A DNA stretch of 64,000 nucleotides from Pseudomonas aeruginosa PAO1 (GTDB taxonomy: Bacteria; Pseudomonadota; Gammaproteobacteria; Pseudomonadales; Pseudomonadaceae). The notes beneath the pieces are model-generated. The model did not search any database. It was not told the DNA's origin and saw nothing but the letters and a program-made list of their open reading frames with translations. Within the stretch, counting starts at the first letter, position 1. The number at the start of each line of letters is the position of its first letter. Shown here one piece after another: positions 62,871-64,000 of this stretch. A program made the position numbers and the translations under genes. The stretch lies in NCBI RefSeq assembly GCF_000006765.1, contig NC_002516.2, one strand, 5' to 3'.

Positions 62871-64000
62871 ATGCAACAGAGCAGATCGGAAGTGACCGAG
62901 CGCGACGGCTTGGTCGAGCTGTCCGCCGGCAGCGACGTACTCGACAGCCCCCGCTACAACCACGACATCGCCCCGACCCGGGTGGAACAGCGTACCTGGA
63001 ACAGGTGGCACATCACCGCGCTGTGGATCGGCATGTCCATCTGCGTGCCCACCTACACCCTCGGCGGCGTCCTCACCGCCTACTTCGGCCTCAGCGTCGG
63101 CGAAGCGCTGCTGGCGATCCTGCTGGCCAACCTGGTGGTGCTGATCCCGCTGACCCTCAATGCCTTCGCCGGCACCCGCTACGGCATTCCCTTCCCGGTG
63201 CTGCTGCGCGCTTCGTTCGGCATCATCGGCTCCAACGTGCCATGCCTGATCCGCGCCGTGGTCGCGTGCGGCTGGTTCGGCATCCAGACGCTGTTCGGCG
63301 GGCTGGCGATCCATCTCTTCCTCGGTTCGATCTTTCCCGCCTGGAAAGCCCTCGGCGGCACCGGCGAGGTGATCGGTTTCCTCCTGTTCTGGGGGCTGAA
63401 CCTGTGGGTGGTGCTGCGCGGCGCGGAGTCGATCAAATGGCTGGAGACACTCTCGGCACCGCTGCTGGTGCTGGTCGGCCTCGGCCTGCTGGTGTGGGCG
63501 CTGCCGCACATATCGGTCAGCGAACTGCTGGCGCAGCCGCCGAAGCGCCCGGAAGGCGCCAGCGTCACCGGCTACTTCATGGCCGGGCTGACGGCGATGG
63601 TCGGCTTCTGGGCCACGCTGTCGCTGAACATCCCCGACTTCAGCCGCTATGCGCGTAGCCAGAAGGACCAGATACTCGGGCAGATCTTCGGCCTGCCGCT
63701 GACCATGTTCCTGTTCGCCGCCCTCGGCGTGGTGATGACCGCCGCCTCGGCTTCGCTGGTGGGCGAGACGGTTTCCGACCCGGTCAGCCTGATCGGGCAC
63801 ATCCCCAGCCCCGGCTGGGTGGCGGTGGCGATGGCGTTGATCATCGTCGCCACCCTCTCGACCAACACCGCGGCGAACATCGTCTCGCCGACCAACGACT
63901 TCCAGAACATCGCACCGAAACTCATCGGCCGCACCCGCGCCGTCTGGCTCACCGGTTTCATCGGCCTGGCGCTGATGGCCCACGAGTTGCTGAAGAAGCT
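62871..64000 (+). CDS. NCS1 family nucleobase:cation symporter (PydP-like), truncated at window end
   Basis: GGAGAGG RBS; MQQSRSEV..YNHDIAPT..RTWNRWHITALWIGMSICVP, GTRYGIPFPV, GWFGIQ, WATLSLNIPDFSRYA, TNTAANIVSP; not in the ORF track because it is incomplete. Confidence 0.93.
   Translation, partial: MQQSRSEVTERDGLVELSAGSDVLDSPRYNHDIAPTRVEQRTWNRWHITALWIGMSICVPTYTLGGVLTAYFGLSVGEALLAILLANLVVLIPLTLNAFAGTRYGIPFPVLLRASFGIIGSNVPCLIRAVVACGWFGIQTLFGGLAIHLFLGSIFPAWKALGGTGEVIGFLLFWGLNLWVVLRGAESIKWLETLSAPLLVLVGLGLLVWALPHISVSELLAQPPKRPEGASVTGYFMAGLTAMVGFWATLSLNIPDFSRYARSQKDQILGQIFGLPLTMFLFAALGVVMTAASASLVGETVSDPVSLIGHIPSPGWVAVAMALIIVATLSTNTAANIVSPTNDFQNIAPKLIGRTRAVWLTGFIGLALMAHELLKK

Overview
This is a core-genome segment of Pseudomonas aeruginosa. 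From recall rather than a search, gene order and the MexR allele (V126) match strain PAO1 PA0392-PA0443. In order, it contains: partial yggU, yggT-proC-yggS, the type IV pilus retraction ATPases pilT/pilU, a CzcD-type CDF exporter, a TM2 protein, the reverse-transsulfuration operon cbs-cgl, the gshB-tonB3-algH-yqgF-pyrR-pyrB-pyrC' cluster, the Pil-Chp chemosensory operon (pilGHIJK chpABCDE), a hypothetical protein, rsmE, bioA, a flavin amine oxidase, cytochrome b561-yceI (pasP), mexR/mexAB-oprM, DEAD-box helicase rhlE2, a GT-A-like hypothetical, an SAH-riboswitch-led sahH-HD hydrolase-metF unit, a DUF2946-TonB-dependent receptor-PepSY unit, and the pyrimidine catabolism cluster (TetR, codAB, preTA, dht, partial NCS1). 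I saw no rRNA, tRNA, CRISPR array, integrase or transposase. The most interesting signals are: (1) a CxxC/RASP leader ORF whose stop-codon region pairs perfectly with the Shine-Dalgarno of the downstream TonB-dependent receptor, a candidate metal-sensing ribosome-arrest switch; (2) a yggU gene that appears to start at CTG overlapping the yggT stop; (3) a codon-mosaic glycosyltransferase-like gene and an alarmone hydrolase associated with the SAH riboswitch operon; (4) several perfect dyads that are candidate operators.
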